Positions 62,568 to 64,000 of a stretch of 64,000 nucleotides of DNA are shown piece by piece. The position numbers and the translations under genes were made by a program. The notes beneath the pieces were generated by a model. The model did no database searches and was not told where the DNA came from. It saw nothing but the letters and a program-made list of their open reading frames with translations. Positions within the stretch are counted from its first letter, which is position 1. Each line of letters begins with the position of its first letter. Source of the DNA: Balanoglossus misakiensis (Eukaryota; Animalia; Hemichordata); contig CM082592.2 in assembly GCA_040954595.2 (NCBI GenBank), forward strand, positions 4,232,735 to 4,296,734, in the 5' to 3' direction.

Positions 62568-63885
62568 GATAGCATGATTCTTCAGACAATGGTCACTCTG
62601 TCGTCTGTGATCATCATCCAGTGAGATATGAAATATGAAATCAAATATGGAAAACTCAGACATACATATTAGTGTACATTTTATACGAATGTAAATTTAC
62701 TCCCCCACATCTTGCAAACATGTTTAACGAGAGTTTTGATTGATGTTGTTCTGTATTTCAGACATAGCCTGTCGGCAAGAGGCACCAAAGTAGCTGTTGT
62801 GCTCATACAGAAAAATGCACCACTCCCACCAGGTGACTGTGCAATTTATTTGACAAATATATCTACCAGTACCACTGTGCTAAATTCAGGAGAAATCTAC
62901 AGTAAAATGTAGAAACAGACTTGTGTTATCTGAGAACACATACTCAAGCATGCGAGTGGCTGGTGTGGTACTGTAAAACGGGTTATATTCCCGAGCAATA
63001 AATTTTCGAGAAATATGCGAGAGCCAAGAAAATGTGAAAATAAAATGTCACGTAAAATGTTTTTCGCGAAAATTTCCTGTTGCGAAAATAACCCGTTTTA
63101 CAGTATAGAGTACCATCAGGAAACTTTTTGCAACGCCGTTCCTTGCATGGGACATCCTGAGTCCGTGCTCTCCAGAAACAGGTGTATTCTTGTGTGGCAC
63201 CCCACTCAGCTTTGAGAGAGTACCGTATGTTCTGACTTAGACTTACTCTGCTACCATGTTTACAATCATGTACTATTGTGTTGCATCTCCACATCCCAGG
63301 TGAAGATATGGTGGCAGCAGAAAGAGCAGCAGCTCTCTGCAGTGCCTGTGACCTCTCTGCCAAGTCGCTGTTTGTCTTGCCGCACACTGATCATCTGTTT
63401 GGCTATACGATCAGGTAAAGTTCAGTTGTCACATCCTTGTCTTTGCTGTATCGAGTAACAATAGTGTGGATTCTATGACGCACTCTTTCGTGTTCATGTA
63501 ACAAGTTTGTTTTTACACTATGATCAATCTTTGAAAATGTGAAAAAAATATTTGTATTGCAATTTATATAACCAGGAATGTCAACCAACCAGAGGAATAC
63601 ATCTGTTTTGCAGACGTGTTTTAATTTATATTTTTTGAAAAATGCATATTTATGAACAGATGAATTTTTAAAAATGTTAAGTGTATTTCTATTTTATCAT
63701 CTTTTGGCCATTGACTTCTTGACTGGGAAATAAGATGGAAGAGTTAATCTCAAATCTTGCGAAAATGGATTTTTTTCCACTTCAGGTTAGAGAATGCATT
63801 TTATGAGTTGGCACAGAGCTACTACCACACCGAAGCAAGGAGAGTAAAAGCACACAAAGAATTCCTGAATAAAACAACTCACCAG
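61767..63885 (+). CDS. TRAPPC11: Trafficking protein particle complex subunit 11, first 5 exons (continues beyond the window)
   Basis: Exons 61767-61985, 62220-62392, 62762-62832, 63300-63414, 63786-63885, in frame. Peptides [82 protein letters not shown]. Confidence 0.95.
62422..62566. repeat. Compound (GTT)/(GGT)/(GAT)n microsatellite in TRAPPC11 intron 2
   Basis: Directly visible; two (GAT)n blocks. Confidence 0.95.
62971..63103. mobile_element. T1 MITE, internally deleted
   Basis: TA-ctgtaaaacgggtta ... taacccgttttacag-TA. Confidence 0.8.
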
Positions 63886-64000
63886 GTAAATATGATCACT
63901 TGGCAGTCTGAAAACTCGCCAACTATAAGTGTGCTGTCAGTCTATGTGTATGTGTGTGAGGAAAAATCTGAACATACTTACTGGTGACCAGTCGGGTATA

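Noticed and set aside
62292-62663. Poly-Met, poly-His and poly-Ile ORFs
   Set aside because: Translation of an intronic (GAT)n microsatellite.

Overview
Eukaryotic, intron-rich, AT-rich genomic DNA from a metazoan. It is probably a marine invertebrate deuterostome such as an acorn worm; this is inferred from gene content and repeat style only. Genes assembled by hand from ORFs and splice sites: UBE2L3 (-, 4 exons), head-to-head with an intronless-CDS FBXO46/FBXO34-like F-box gene (+); APPBP2 (+, 12 exons); NOC4L (-, 11 exons), head-to-head with the 5' part of TRAPPC11 (+). The most unusual structure is the 18.4-kb last intron of NOC4L (37555-56000). It holds, on the opposite strand, a tandem triplication of a secreted collagen-C1q gene whose copies differ mainly in the C1q loops. 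Intron 1 of the middle copy carries an 8.4-kb Helentron/HINE-like composite insertion. That insertion has stacked 5' ends, a truncated LTR element and four open, spliceable exons of a type II membrane/mucin-stalk gene that are phase-compatible with the collagen-C1q exons. Introns also contain many small DNA-transposon derivatives (piggyBac-, Kolobok-, Harbinger-, Tc/pogo- and Merlin-like). Two unrelated repeat families share a ~144-bp hairpin with tandem GA/GA mismatches followed by an inverted-repeat pair.
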